Assembly: GCA_051532055.1 (NCBI GenBank)
Contig: JAOPTX010000015.1
Coordinates: 1 to 60,170 of the forward strand
Direction of reading: 5' to 3'
DNA from: Fibrobacterales bacterium
GTDB lineage: Bacteria > Fibrobacterota > Fibrobacteria > Fibrobacterales > JAOPTW01
DNA length: 60,170 bases
The notes beneath the pieces were generated by a model. It saw nothing but the letters and a program-made list of their open reading frames with translations. It was not told the origin of the DNA and ran no database searches. Made by a program: the position numbers and the translations under genes. This document shows positions 9,449 to 20,011 of the stretch, one piece after another; position 1 is the first letter of the stretch, and every line of letters starts with the position of its first letter.

Positions 9449-9972
9449 TACTGATCCTTAGGAGGGAGCACAATATCTCCATAAGAGTTTCTCGTTATTT
9501 TTGAGATATCCATTGGTCGGGTTGTGAATTTTTTGAACTCCGCATCAAAGGGCTTAGCTTCAACGAGAGAATAGCCACATTCAGGCTGTAGCACGCCGCC
9601 CATCATAAATACTTCAGGCTCTGGGTAGCTTTTGCAAAAATTCCAGCGGGTGTCATAAGTGGTACAGAGGCCATTTACCATACTTTTACAGGCAAAGGTG
9701 AGAAGTCCATCTTCAGTTCGATCCACAATTTTCAAACGGTAGTATCGTGAATCTTTTTGTCTGAGCTTTCGGAATTTTTTAACAGATTTAAGCCAACTAA
9801 ACCCCGTTTGTAGATTGATTTTTTGACAGCATTTACCACACCGGTGGCAACTTCCTTGCACCAAGAGTTTTTTGCCGGTAAGTTTTAATCTGATATTTCG
9901 AAGATGTCCTCCGAAAGTGTATTGTAAAAAGTCCATATAAGGCAATATAACATATATCATAGGGCTACCCAT
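9448..9972 (-). CDS. YkgJ family cysteine-cluster (CxxCxxCC) protein
   Basis: CHRCGKCC followed by FAC..GLCTTY..R...CKSYP. Confidence 0.85.
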   Translation of the reverse strand: MGSPMIYVILPYMDFLQYTFGGHLRNIRLKLTGKKLLVQGSCHRCGKCCQKINLQTGFSWLKSVKKFRKLRQKDSRYYRLKIVDRTEDGLLTFACKSMVNGLCTTYDTRWNFCKSYPEPEVFMMGGVLQPECGYSLVEAKPFDAEFKKFTTRPMDISKITRNSYGDIVLPPKDQ

Positions 9973-9984
9973 TGCTATACTTTA
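9973..9984. promoter_or_regulatory. Putative bidirectional promoter (overlapping -10 elements)
   Basis: TG-C-TATACT on + (9973-9981) overlaps TAAAGT on - (9984-9979); the latter lies 6 nt from the ykgJ ATG. Confidence 0.45.
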
Positions 9985-10018
9985 GGTGATGAATACTTTT
10001 GGAGATTTAGTTGTGAGA

Positions 10019-10585
10019 ATGAGACTGTGGCATTGGGTAATTATTGGGGTGTTTCTTGTCTCGTGTAAAAACGAACAAGCAAAGAATACTGAAGCACACC
10101 CTCCTAAGGGTACCTTTTTTATCTATGGGTATGGGGTTGTCGAGGACTCAATCTCTATGGCGGTTGCGCGTCAAAAAGCGTTTCATATTGCACAAGTTTA
10201 TGCTCGAATTACTCGGTTTACGTGGAAAAAGGCGGGTGATATGACCCTTACCATGAGAAAAAAAGCGGGGGTTATAATGAATAATTCTGGTAAAGAGTAT
10301 GAAATTGATGCCCAAACCTTACTGCGAACCCATGTAATACAGTCGACCCTCGATCCCAAAATATATTACCAAATGGAGTACAATCCTCTCAATCCCCGGT
10401 TTACAACAACGCGATTATTTGGCCTCAATGCAATTCCAACTCCTGCTGAACTTTTTACTGAAGTAGTTACTCAATATGTACAATCAATTCAGCAGGAAAG
10501 TGGAGTGATTGAGGGGGATGTTTTTATCCAAAACCTCACGATAGAGCCCTCAAAAGAGGTTCGATTCACCCTTGCAATTTACTGA
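10019..10585 (+). CDS. Hypothetical lipoprotein
   Basis: MRLWHWVIIGVFLVS-C lipobox; YGYG...ARQKA segment loosely like LPP20. Confidence 0.65.
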   Translation: MRLWHWVIIGVFLVSCKNEQAKNTEAHPPKGTFFIYGYGVVEDSISMAVARQKAFHIAQVYARITRFTWKKAGDMTLTMRKKAGVIMNNSGKEYEIDAQTLLRTHVIQSTLDPKIYYQMEYNPLNPRFTTTRLFGLNAIPTPAELFTEVVTQYVQSIQQESGVIEGDVFIQNLTIEPSKEVRFTLAIY

Positions 10586-10688
10586 TAAACCCAATGAAAT
10601 CAATGAAATAGTTAGATATTTGCTACTTTTGTTTATACAATAGGGTTATACAACATTTGAGGAGAGTTCCTCAAGCATAGAGAATTTT

Positions 10689-12710
10689 ATGAGCCAAATA
10701 CCAACACGTGAACAGATTTTAGCATACATCAACCGTCCTGATTATAAACTTTCAAGCGCCTCCAAATTGAGGGCTGTCTTTAGCGTGACCAAACGTCAAA
10801 AAGATGGTTTGAAGAAAATACTTGAAGGGATGGTTCGCGATGGCTTATTAGTTAAAAATAAGCGAAAAGAGTATCGCCTTGCAGATCGTGATGGAGTGAC
10901 AGCACCACAACCCCAGCGTCGACATAAAGAAGAAAAGGTCGTTCGTGAAAAAGCAACTTTTACTCGCTTTGATGCAATGCTGAAAGGGGTTCTTTTTAAA
11001 AAAGGTTCACGATGGTGGGTACGTGTTGATGATTTTGAGGCGCACCCCATTCATCCAGAGTATAAAAAACCTGGAGAGGTAGGTGATATTCTCAGTTTTG
11101 AACTCCTACGCGCTAAACGGGGCCGTGAATTTGCGAAACCCGTTGAAACATTAGGTAATACGAGCCAATGGGGAGAGGTAACGACACAGTTTCTTAAGAC
11201 AAGAGATCTTCCAGAGAGCTATCCTGCAGATGTTGTAGCAGAAACTGACAGCATTGGTGAACCAGATGCTAAAAGTGTACGGGGACGTGAGGACTTTAGA
11301 GAAGTATATACAGCATGTATCGACCCAGAAGGGGCACGTGACCACGATGATGCTATTAGTCTTCGTAAACTTGATAATGGAAACTGGGAATTGGGTGTCC
11401 ATATCGCCGATGTATCCCATTATGTAACTGAGGGGTCAGCACTCGATAAAGAAGCATTAGCTCGTGCATTTACACAGTACCTTCCTTGGTGTTCCGTACC
11501 GATGATACCAGAAAAGCTCAGTTCTGACATTTGTAGTTTGCGCGAAGGGGTAGATCGTCTTGCCTTTAGTTGTATCGCTGAAGTCACTGTTCGTGGGGCG
11601 ATAGAAAAATATCGATTTGCTAAAACTATCGTAAATATTAACGAATCGCTCTCCTATGAGCAAGCTGAGCTTATGGGTCAAAAGACCCATGTCCATATGA
11701 AAGCGCTTTCTAAACTCACATCAACGCTGAAAGTTCGCAGAATCAAAGAGGGTTTCCTCTTGATGAACTTGACTGAACGCCGCATTAAATTCGATGAAAT
11801 GGGTATCCCTTGTGGAGTGGAAGAGGCAAAGCATCTTGACTCTCATTCGTGGATTGAAGAGTGTATGCTTTTGGCAAACCGTTGTTGTGCAAAGTTTTTA
11901 CAAGAGAATAATCTGAGTGGAATCTATCGAGTACACGAAAGTCCAGCCTTTGATGATGTTGAAGAGCTGCTCAGAATAGAGCCAAAGTTAGTGAAAGATT
12001 ATGGAGTACCTCTCGGTAAGATAAAAAAGCTATGGAAAGATGATGGCAATGTTCAGCCTGAAGTATTCTCTCTGTATGAGCATATGAGTAAAGAGGCTGA
12101 CGGCGAATCGGTCGTTATTTATAAAGTACTCCGATCAATGAAAAAAGCACGCTATGCTCCGACTCCTGATGGTCATTTTGCCCTTAATTGGCAAGATTAT
12201 CTCCATTTTACTTCTCCTATTAGGCGCTATGCTGACCTTTGGGTGCATAGACAAATAGCTGATTTTTTAAGTCATCAAAAAACGGGTACTGCTGCATTGG
12301 AGACAAGAGCCTCAGAAATATCTGAATCGATTTCAGCTGCAGAAATTGGCAATATGAAAAATGAACGCGCAGCTAAGAAGTGCTGTATGGCCTGGATTCT
12401 TATGGATAAAGTGGGTGATGAATTTTTGGGTTCTATCAGTGGACTAACAGACTTTGGAATGTTTGTCGAGCTTGATGATCTTGGTGCTGAAGGACTTGTG
12501 CGGTACCAAAATGTTCCTGGTGATTTCTTTATTTTTGATCCTGACAAGAAAATTGCAGTGGGTAAACGAAATGGGGCAGTCTACCAAATGGGCGATCGAG
12601 TCCGCATTGAAGTGCTGAAAGCAAATCCAATGAAAGGTGAAGTTGATTTTGAAGTAATTGAACGCCTTAGGGATACCACCTCTCGATTTACACGAAAGAA
12701 AAGAAGTTAA
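10689..12710 (+). CDS. rnr: Ribonuclease R (RNB domain plus S1)
   Basis: N-terminal HTH, IDPEGARDHDDAIS, HIADVSHYV, HFTSPIRRYADL, C-terminal S1 domain. Confidence 0.92.
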   Translation: MSQIPTREQILAYINRPDYKLSSASKLRAVFSVTKRQKDGLKKILEGMVRDGLLVKNKRKEYRLADRDGVTAPQPQRRHKEEKVVREKATFTRFDAMLKGVLFKKGSRWWVRVDDFEAHPIHPEYKKPGEVGDILSFELLRAKRGREFAKPVETLGNTSQWGEVTTQFLKTRDLPESYPADVVAETDSIGEPDAKSVRGREDFREVYTACIDPEGARDHDDAISLRKLDNGNWELGVHIADVSHYVTEGSALDKEALARAFTQYLPWCSVPMIPEKLSSDICSLREGVDRLAFSCIAEVTVRGAIEKYRFAKTIVNINESLSYEQAELMGQKTHVHMKALSKLTSTLKVRRIKEGFLLMNLTERRIKFDEMGIPCGVEEAKHLDSHSWIEECMLLANRCCAKFLQENNLSGIYRVHESPAFDDVEELLRIEPKLVKDYGVPLGKIKKLWKDDGNVQPEVFSLYEHMSKEADGESVVIYKVLRSMKKARYAPTPDGHFALNWQDYLHFTSPIRRYADLWVHRQIADFLSHQKTGTAALETRASEISESISAAEIGNMKNERAAKKCCMAWILMDKVGDEFLGSISGLTDFGMFVELDDLGAEGLVRYQNVPGDFFIFDPDKKIAVGKRNGAVYQMGDRVRIEVLKANPMKGEVDFEVIERLRDTTSRFTRKKRS

Positions 12711-12731
12711 GGTCGGTTGGTGAGTGAAGTG

Positions 12732-12769
12732 AATTTGTTCTTTAACGATTCTTCGTTAAAGAACAAATT
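12732..12769. terminator. 17-bp inverted repeat between convergent rnr and queD
   Basis: AATTTGTTCTTTAACGA-TTCT-TCGTTAAAGAACAAATT, perfect arms. Confidence 0.7.
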
Positions 12770-12775
12770 TAAGAG

Positions 12776-13132
12776 CTAGGCTCCCAAATAACGACAGCAT
12801 GATGTTGGGGTTTCCCAGATCGAAATGCAGTGTAGTAAAGGGAGATCATCTTCGAGCTTGTTCCAAAGCCAGATACTGAGATTTTCAGCAGTTGAATTTT
12901 CTAATCCCTCAATATCATTTAAAAAACGATGATCTAAAAGGTCTATCAGTGGTTTAACCACTGTTTTGAGGTCTCCAAAATCCATAACAAACCCTGTTAC
13001 AGAGTCTACGGGACCATCAAGTTCTATTTCAACTTTATAGGTGTGTCCATGGAGGTTTTTGCACTTGTGCCCATCGGGGACGTTGGGTAAAAAATGTGCG
13101 GCGTCGAAGGTAAATGATTTTGCTATTCTCAT
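12776..13132 (-). CDS. queD: 6-carboxy-5,6,7,8-tetrahydropterin synthase
   Basis: FDAAHFLP, HKCKNLHGHTY, LDHRFLN, STAENL, WETP. Confidence 0.95.
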   Translation of the reverse strand: MRIAKSFTFDAAHFLPNVPDGHKCKNLHGHTYKVEIELDGPVDSVTGFVMDFGDLKTVVKPLIDLLDHRFLNDIEGLENSTAENLSIWLWNKLEDDLPLLHCISIWETPTSCCRYLGA

Positions 13133-13231
13133 AAGGGTAAAAATAGCTTTTGGAGGGGGAAGGCTAAAGGTTCAATGGTAAGTAATAGTTAATAGAGAGA
13201 CTATTTTACATGAATGATGACTCTATGGTCT

Positions 13232-14674
13232 TTAAACAGGGATGGAGCTCTCTCGTTTTTTCCATACGGTTGTACAGTTTCTTGAGCTTTTTTTACTGTC
13301 ATAGAGTGCTTCGTCTGCTCGGGAAAGAAGGAGATCATACTGTTCTGCGTGCTCAGGCATGTGAGAGACGCCCATGCTGATCGTTGTTTTTATAGGGGTA
13401 TAATTATGTTCTGTGGTGAGTGCTTCTACCCGTTCTCTAATCCGTTCTGCCACGACTATTGCCCCTTCGAGGGTCGATTCAGGGAGGAAAATAAAGAATT
13501 CCTCACCTCCAAATCGTGCGGCAAGGTCAATGCCGATGCGGATTGTTTGATTAATAATGGCGGTAACATTTTTTAAGACTTCATCACCTGCTTGGTGGCC
13601 GTAGGTGTCGTTGACATTCTTAAAATGGTCAATGTCGAGAGCGAGTACCGATAAGGGCCGGGAGTAGCGGGCTGAACGTTTAATTTCATGTTTGAGCTTG
13701 CTCTCGAAATGTCGTCGGGTATACATTCCGGTTAAAGGGTCGGTAATGGAGGCCTTCATTAGTTTTGCTTGATAAACAAGAGAGGCTACATTGTTGGCAA
13801 GGATGGTCACGAGGTCAAGATCAAAAGAGTCAAAATCACCACTCTCCTTTTTGTTCGTCACATAAACTACCCCAAAGGCTTGATCATTGATGCAGAGAGG
13901 AACACAGATGATTGATTGGTTTTCGGAGGATTCGCCATTGAGTGCTTCGCTCGCTTCACTGATTTTCATTGCTTTTTTTATGAGGAACACTTTGCCTTGG
14001 ATACCTTCTCCAGGCTTAATGCCATCAGTAGAGAGGAGCCCTTTGTTAATCATCTCTTCAGCTTTTGGATTAGGGAGGCCATGGACCACGTCGAGCTTTA
14101 AAAGGTTTGCTTGTTCATCATAGAGCATGATGAATCCTTTCTCGGCATGGGCGGTGGCTATGATGCTTTTTAAAATATTGGAGAGGATATTTTGGTTATC
14201 AGAATCTCGGGCAATTTCGAGACCAATATTTTTAATGGTAGTGATCTGATCACTTGTTTTTTGGAGTTTGAGGCTGGTCTGAAATTTGTCGAAAAAGCTG
14301 TACCAAAGACGCGCGGTATAGCGGAGCTCGTCAAAGGCTTCTTGCTCAGGCATGTAAGGGGTGGTATAAAAAAGATAGAGATTACTGGGGCCAACTCTGC
14401 CTAAAGTGATAAGAGTGGTGTCGTGTTCCCGTGCAATTTGGATAGTACTGTCGATACCGTAGAGCCAGTTTCTAATCGTGTCGGTTAAGAGTTCTTTGTT
14501 GCCAGAGGCAATCAACAGTTCAGGAGGGTCGCTTTCAATTTTTATAGAAACAAAGAGGTAGTGTTCTATGGTGTGGTGGTTTTTTAAAAAACTCTGTAAA
14601 ACACTCGTAAGCGTTGTGGTTGTCTCTGCTTTTTCAAGCTTACTGAGAATATCAAAGTGTAATTCAGGGTTCAA
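13232..14674 (-). CDS. GAF-GGDEF diguanylate cyclase
   Basis: GAF domain (ICVPL..FGVVYVTNK), TDPLTG, DIDHFKNVNDTYGH, ARFGGEEF. Confidence 0.92.
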   Translation of the reverse strand: MNPELHFDILSKLEKAETTTTLTSVLQSFLKNHHTIEHYLFVSIKIESDPPELLIASGNKELLTDTIRNWLYGIDSTIQIAREHDTTLITLGRVGPSNLYLFYTTPYMPEQEAFDELRYTARLWYSFFDKFQTSLKLQKTSDQITTIKNIGLEIARDSDNQNILSNILKSIIATAHAEKGFIMLYDEQANLLKLDVVHGLPNPKAEEMINKGLLSTDGIKPGEGIQGKVFLIKKAMKISEASEALNGESSENQSIICVPLCINDQAFGVVYVTNKKESGDFDSFDLDLVTILANNVASLVYQAKLMKASITDPLTGMYTRRHFESKLKHEIKRSARYSRPLSVLALDIDHFKNVNDTYGHQAGDEVLKNVTAIINQTIRIGIDLAARFGGEEFFIFLPESTLEGAIVVAERIRERVEALTTEHNYTPIKTTISMGVSHMPEHAEQYDLLLSRADEALYDSKKSSRNCTTVWKKRESSIPV

Positions 14675-14788
14675 ATTGATCTTCAGTTGTTATCTTTAAA
14701 AATAAGATAGATCTCTTTATCTCCTTTGTGGGGATTTTCACCGGCGAATCATTGCCTGTGTGAAATTTGAGAAGTTTAAAGGAAGTGT

Positions 14789-15625
14789 GTGGTCGAGATT
14801 GCGGTGAATACAATAAGTCAACCCTTGGTGCTCTTGATGCTGGTAATTGTTGCTGCCCTTTCCGTTGCCCTTGGTTCGTATTTTACAGTGGTTATCTACC
14901 GGGTGCCCCGGGGAGAATCCTTATTGACTCCAGGATCACATTGTCCACATTGTAATACAAGGCTTAAATGGTACCATAATGTACCCCTCGTCTCATATCT
15001 GTTTTTAAAGGGGCAATGTGCTTTTTGTGGTGTGTCGATGGGGGCTTCATATCTCTGGGTCGAATTTTTGACGGGACTACTTGGAGTTGTTGCCTTTTAT
15101 ACTGGGTTACTCTATTGGGGAGTGCCGAGTGTATGGCAGGCGGGGGCTTTTACTTGGTTGGTACTGACGCTTGTTCCGATTGTTGTTGTTGACGTTAAGT
15201 ATTATTTAATTCCTGATGGCGTTGTGCTTCCTGGAGTGGTTGTTGGAGTTGTTCTGGCCCTAGTGGGGGACTATATTGCTATAACTGGAGCGCTACTCGG
15301 CGGTTGTACGGTTGGGTTGGGGTTCTGGCTGTTCGGATGGGTGGTTTCGCGTATTCTCAAAAAAGAAGCCCTTGGGTTTGGGGATGTAAAACTCCTGGCA
15401 ATGATTGGTTGTTTTGTGGGGTTAGATGGGGCTGTTGCAACTATTGTGGGAGCGTCAGGTGTGGGGCTTGTTGTTACCCTCATACTTAAGATCGTCCGAG
15501 GTGAATCTCGTGAAATTCCACTCCCTTTTGGGCCTTATATTTCTGTCGCTGCATTGCCGGTTTTTGTCTGGAAAGATCAGTTGATTGAGGGCTATTTTAA
15601 TATCATATCTCAGGTGCTTCTGTAA
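14789..15625 (+). CDS. pilD: Type IV prepilin peptidase / N-methyltransferase
   Basis: SHCPHC and GQCAFC Zn motifs, GFGDVKL, LPFGPY, multiple TM helices. Confidence 0.93.
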   Translation: MVEIAVNTISQPLVLLMLVIVAALSVALGSYFTVVIYRVPRGESLLTPGSHCPHCNTRLKWYHNVPLVSYLFLKGQCAFCGVSMGASYLWVEFLTGLLGVVAFYTGLLYWGVPSVWQAGAFTWLVLTLVPIVVVDVKYYLIPDGVVLPGVVVGVVLALVGDYIAITGALLGGCTVGLGFWLFGWVVSRILKKEALGFGDVKLLAMIGCFVGLDGAVATIVGASGVGLVVTLILKIVRGESREIPLPFGPYISVAALPVFVWKDQLIEGYFNIISQVLL

Positions 15626-15778
15626 CGCATCAAATTTCCCGTTTTTATCCGAAAAAAGCGATTTTTTTTAAATATTGAAGGGTATATTTCACTGGCAATT
15701 GAAGGGGAAATTACTAAATTTCCTGTATTAATTTTAACACTAATTTCACCGTTTTTTGGTGGACAGATGTGAAGGCTC

Positions 15779-16528
15779 ATGCGCATATTAATTACGAATG
15801 ATGATGGTATATCGAGTGGTGCTCTTCATGCACTTGCCGGTGCACTTTCTGTCGATCACGACATCATTGTTATTGCGCCTGCTACCGAGCAGAGTGGTGT
15901 TGGGCACGGTTTTACCTACCTTAAAAATTTAGAAGTTGAGAAGCTTACCATATACCCATATCCTTGTTATAGTGTTATGGGTACTCCTGCGGATTGCATT
16001 AAGTTCGCCCATTTTGAATTGTTACAAAATGAAAAAGCAGATTTGGTAGTTTCTGGAATAAATGATGGACACAATACCGGTGTTGCCTGTTTTTATTCAG
16101 GGACCGTTGGTGGCGCCCGCGAAGGAATACTTCTTGGGATACCCTCAATTGCAGTGTCGGTGCATCATCACTCAGAAAAAAATAATACAGCAGGGGTTAA
16201 ATGGGTGGTTGATATGATCAACTCAGATACCTTTTCACTGCTTAATACTCAAGCACTTTGGAATGTGAATCTTCCCGATCTCGATCGATTAGAGATGAAG
16301 GGAAGTCAGTTTTGTGCAATGAGTATGGTTATGTATCATGACGATTATACATTAGAATCAGAAGGTACAGTGAACTCCTACTCGTTTAGTGGAGATCGGC
16401 CTAAAGATCAATTTAAAGAAGGGACCGATGACTATCTGGTACTTGACGGCTACGCCTCAATTGTCCCCATAAAAACTGATCAGACAGATGAAACGTTTTT
16501 AGAATTACAAAGAAAAATTAAACAATAG
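15779..16528 (+). CDS. surE: 5'/3'-nucleotidase SurE
   Basis: [38 protein letters not shown]. Confidence 0.95.
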   Translation: MRILITNDDGISSGALHALAGALSVDHDIIVIAPATEQSGVGHGFTYLKNLEVEKLTIYPYPCYSVMGTPADCIKFAHFELLQNEKADLVVSGINDGHNTGVACFYSGTVGGAREGILLGIPSIAVSVHHHSEKNNTAGVKWVVDMINSDTFSLLNTQALWNVNLPDLDRLEMKGSQFCAMSMVMYHDDYTLESEGTVNSYSFSGDRPKDQFKEGTDDYLVLDGYASIVPIKTDQTDETFLELQRKIKQ

Positions 16529-16545
16529 ATCCATTAGGAGAATTA

Positions 16546-19110
16546 ATGTCAGAAGAAAAAGTGCCAATTGTGACCAAGGCTCATATCGAAGATGAGATGA
16601 AGGATTCTTATCTTCGCTACTCCATGAGTGTGATTGTATCGCGTGCACTCCCTGATGTTCGTGACGGCTTAAAGCCAGTACACAGACGGGTGCTCTTTGG
16701 TATGCACGATCTGGGTGTTTATCCCGGTAAGCCCTATAAGAAATCGGCGCGTATTGTTGGTGATGTAATCGGTAAGTATCACCCCCATGGTGATACTGCA
16801 GTATACGATACGCTTGTTCGTATGGCTCAAGACTTTTCACTGCGCTACCCTCTTGTTGATGGTCAAGGTAACTTTGGCTCAATTGATGGTGATTCACCTG
16901 CGGCGATGCGTTATACAGAAGCGCGAATGCAGAAATTTGGTGAACTCATGCTTGGTGATCTTGAAAAAGATACTGTTGACTATGTTCCCAACTATGATGA
17001 TTCAGAATCAGAACCGTCAGTGCTTCCGAGTGCCTTTCCAAATCTTTTGGTAAATGGGTCAACAGGTATTGCAGTTGGAATGGCGACGAGTATGCCTCCT
17101 CATAATTTGCGTGAAATTGTTAAAGCAATCCATAAGGTTATTGAGAATCGTGACATTCCTGTTGAAGACCTTCTTGAATATGTTTCTGGTCCGGATTTCC
17201 CGACTGGTGCGATTATTTATGGCCGTGCGGGAATTCGTTCAGCCTTTTTAACGGGTCGTGGTAAAGTACGAGTACGTGCGCGTCACCATATGGAGACAAC
17301 AGCTACTAAACGTGAACGCATTATTGTTACCGAAATACCCTATCAGGTTAATAAATCAAACCTAATCGAAAAAATGGCAGGTCTTGTTCGTGAGAAGAAG
17401 GTTGAAGGCATTAGTGATCTTCGTGATGAGTCAGATCGTCATGGCATTCGTATGGTTATTGAGCTTAAGAAAGATGCTATTTCTGATGTTGTCTTGGCAA
17501 ATCTTTACAAATATACACAGCTTCAAGACACCTTCTCAATATATAATCTTGCCCTTGTCGATAGACAGCCCAAAGTGCTCAATCTTAAAGAGATGATCAC
17601 TCACTTTATTGATCACCGTCACAATATTCTTGTGCGCAAGACTCAATTTGAGCTAAAGAAAGCCAAAGATAGAGCGCATATTCTCGAAGGGCTCCGTATT
17701 GCTCAAGATAATATTGATGAAGTGGTCAGAGTTATCCGTGGATCTGATAATAGTGAAGCTGCGCGTAATCGATTGATTGAACGCTTTAACCTAAGTGAGA
17801 TACAAGCTAAAGCTATTGTTGACATGAGACTTGGTCAGCTCACTAAACTCGATATTAATAAAATCGAAAATGAATATAATGAGCTTCTTACTCGTATTGC
17901 TGATTTTGAAGATATCCTTTCAAATCATGAACGGAGAATGAAAATTATCGGTGATGATCTTCAGGTACTAACCGACAAATTTGGCGATGAGCGTCGTACT
18001 TCAATAGAAGAAGCGACAGACGATATTGATATTGAAGATCTTATTCCTAATGATCCAATGGTTATAACCATGTCTGATACAGGATATGTGAAACGTATCC
18101 CTGTTGATACCTACAAATCTCAACATAGAGGTGGTAAAGGTATTACTGGTTCAGGTCTTAAAGATGAAGACCACATTAAGAGTCTTTTTGTAGCAAATAA
18201 TCATAACTATTTACTTGCCTTCACCAACCTTGGTCGAGTACATTGGTTAAAAGTATACCATATACCTGAAGCGTCACGTACAGCAAAAGGTAAGGCGATC
18301 ATAAACATGATTGGCCTTCAAGAAGGTGAAACCGTTGCAGAGATTGTAAAAGTTGAAGACTTTGATGTGAAGCAATCGATTGTTCTTGTAACAAAAAATG
18401 GTACCATTAATAAAATGGATATCAACCTTTTCTCACGCCCTCGTAAAGGTGGTATTCATGCAATAGCACTTGATACTGGTGATGTGTTGGTTGAAGCGCT
18501 CCTTGCACAAGAAGAGTCTAACCTTTTGATTGGTACTCGTAAGGGTAAATCAATTTGTTTCCCTCCAAGTGCATTTAGATCAATGGGTCGTGGTACTCGT
18601 GGTGTTCGTGGTATGAAACTTGATGCTGAAGATTACGTCATCGGTATGGTTGTTCTCAGAGTGGGAACGAATGTACTCACTGTTACTGAGAAAGGTTTTG
18701 GAAAACGTACAAACCCTGGTGAGTATCGTGTGACAAATCGTGGTGGTAAAGGTATTAAGAATCTTAAAGTAACTGAGAAGAATGGCGATGCAGTTGCAAT
18801 TCTTGCTGTTGAAGATGATTCAGATATCATTATTACAACCAAAAAAGGTATTGTAATACGTCTTTCTGTAAGCTCTGTACGTCTTATAGGTCGTGACTCT
18901 CAAGGGGTTCGCGTTATTAGACTCAAAGATGATGATGAAGTAATGGATATCGCTTCTCTCCCTTCTTCTGTTGAAGAAAGTGTAGGTGAAGGTGCTATCG
19001 ATGCAGAGATTGTTGAAGAAGTAGCGGGTGATGAAAGCCACAATGCTGAAGATGCCGTTGATGCAGAAGAAGTTGAACAATCGGATGACTCTTCTGCAGA
19101 AGAAGAGTAA
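16546..19110 (+). CDS. gyrA: DNA gyrase subunit A
   Basis: [28 protein letters not shown], GyrA-box QHRGGKG, acidic C-terminal tail. Confidence 0.98.
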   Translation: MSEEKVPIVTKAHIEDEMKDSYLRYSMSVIVSRALPDVRDGLKPVHRRVLFGMHDLGVYPGKPYKKSARIVGDVIGKYHPHGDTAVYDTLVRMAQDFSLRYPLVDGQGNFGSIDGDSPAAMRYTEARMQKFGELMLGDLEKDTVDYVPNYDDSESEPSVLPSAFPNLLVNGSTGIAVGMATSMPPHNLREIVKAIHKVIENRDIPVEDLLEYVSGPDFPTGAIIYGRAGIRSAFLTGRGKVRVRARHHMETTATKRERIIVTEIPYQVNKSNLIEKMAGLVREKKVEGISDLRDESDRHGIRMVIELKKDAISDVVLANLYKYTQLQDTFSIYNLALVDRQPKVLNLKEMITHFIDHRHNILVRKTQFELKKAKDRAHILEGLRIAQDNIDEVVRVIRGSDNSEAARNRLIERFNLSEIQAKAIVDMRLGQLTKLDINKIENEYNELLTRIADFEDILSNHERRMKIIGDDLQVLTDKFGDERRTSIEEATDDIDIEDLIPNDPMVITMSDTGYVKRIPVDTYKSQHRGGKGITGSGLKDEDHIKSLFVANNHNYLLAFTNLGRVHWLKVYHIPEASRTAKGKAIINMIGLQEGETVAEIVKVEDFDVKQSIVLVTKNGTINKMDINLFSRPRKGGIHAIALDTGDVLVEALLAQEESNLLIGTRKGKSICFPPSAFRSMGRGTRGVRGMKLDAEDYVIGMVVLRVGTNVLTVTEKGFGKRTNPGEYRVTNRGGKGIKNLKVTEKNGDAVAILAVEDDSDIIITTKKGIVIRLSVSSVRLIGRDSQGVRVIRLKDDDEVMDIASLPSSVEESVGEGAIDAEIVEEVAGDESHNAEDAVDAEEVEQSDDSSAEEE

Positions 19111-19151
19111 CTTGTTTCGAAAAAACTGATTTATACTAAGTGCAACTCGAT

Positions 19152-19181
19152 TTAAGGTCCTGTTAAATGACAGGGCCTTAA
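19152..19181 (+). other. Intercistronic stem-loop between gyrA and pssA
   Basis: TTAAGGTCCTGTT-AAAT-GACAGGGCCTTAA, 13 bp including GU pairs, no U-tract. Confidence 0.55.
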
Positions 19182-19228
19182 TAGCGAGGCTGTGAATAGA
19201 TTGTTTTTTAGAGACCTAAGGAGATATA

Positions 19229-20011
19229 ATGAATAAAGCACGATACGTTGTTCCCAATTTTTTTACGAGTTCAAGCTTCTTAATTGCAGTTTGGTCTATT
19301 CTAATAGCTTGTGGTCTGGTAATTCTTGACTCTGGGTTTAAATTCAATAATTATGAACTTGCATCGTATATGGTGGTATTTAGTGTACTACTTGATAAAC
19401 TCGATGGATTTGCTGCTAAAATTTTTAATGCATATTCTGACTTTGGTGCACAATTTGATAGCCTTGCAGATCTTGTTGCTTTTGGAATCGCACCAGCTAT
19501 CATTATTACTTTTGCATTAAAAGAGACTGTTCCAGAGTGGTATCAGGCGTATAAAATTATTGTATGGGTAAGTATGTCAGTGTATGTACTTTGTGCAGCA
19601 ATGAGACTCGCAAAGTATAATGCTGTTGACATTGATGGTAATCCTGATTATTTCGCGGGAATGCCTTCAACATTTGCAGGGGCGCTCAATGTAATCCTTG
19701 TGATTCTTGCGTTTAAATATGACTTTTTTACAAAGTGTCCAGAATATTTGATTGCATTCCCTATGATGCTTATAGCAACAGGGGTATTGATGGTCTCTCC
19801 ACTCTACCTCCCAAAGTTAAAATCAAGAAAATCAAAAATCATCAATATAGGTCAAATAATCCTCATTATTCTCACCTATATTTCTGGCTTTTCTATGAAA
19901 TTTCCTGAGTTCCTTTTTGCTGAAGTTGTGATATATGCAGTCATCGGTTTTGGATATGGCTTAGTTAAGAAAGGTATTATTGATCAGGGGGCTCTTCCAG
20001 TCGAGGGGTAA
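19229..20011 (+). CDS. pssA: CDP-alcohol phosphatidyltransferase (phosphatidylserine synthase type)
   Basis: VPNFFT, DKLDGFAA..FGAQFDSLADLVAFGIAP, RLAKYN, FAGMP. Confidence 0.85.
   Translation: MNKARYVVPNFFTSSSFLIAVWSILIACGLVILDSGFKFNNYELASYMVVFSVLLDKLDGFAAKIFNAYSDFGAQFDSLADLVAFGIAPAIIITFALKETVPEWYQAYKIIVWVSMSVYVLCAAMRLAKYNAVDIDGNPDYFAGMPSTFAGALNVILVILAFKYDFFTKCPEYLIAFPMMLIATGVLMVSPLYLPKLKSRKSKIINIGQIILIILTYISGFSMKFPEFLFAEVVIYAVIGFGYGLVKKGIIDQGALPVEG

Noticed and set aside
16780..16812. Acquired quinolone-resistance mutation in gyrA
   Set aside because: Thr at position 83 is the wild-type residue in several susceptible taxa, and the Asp87 equivalent is intact
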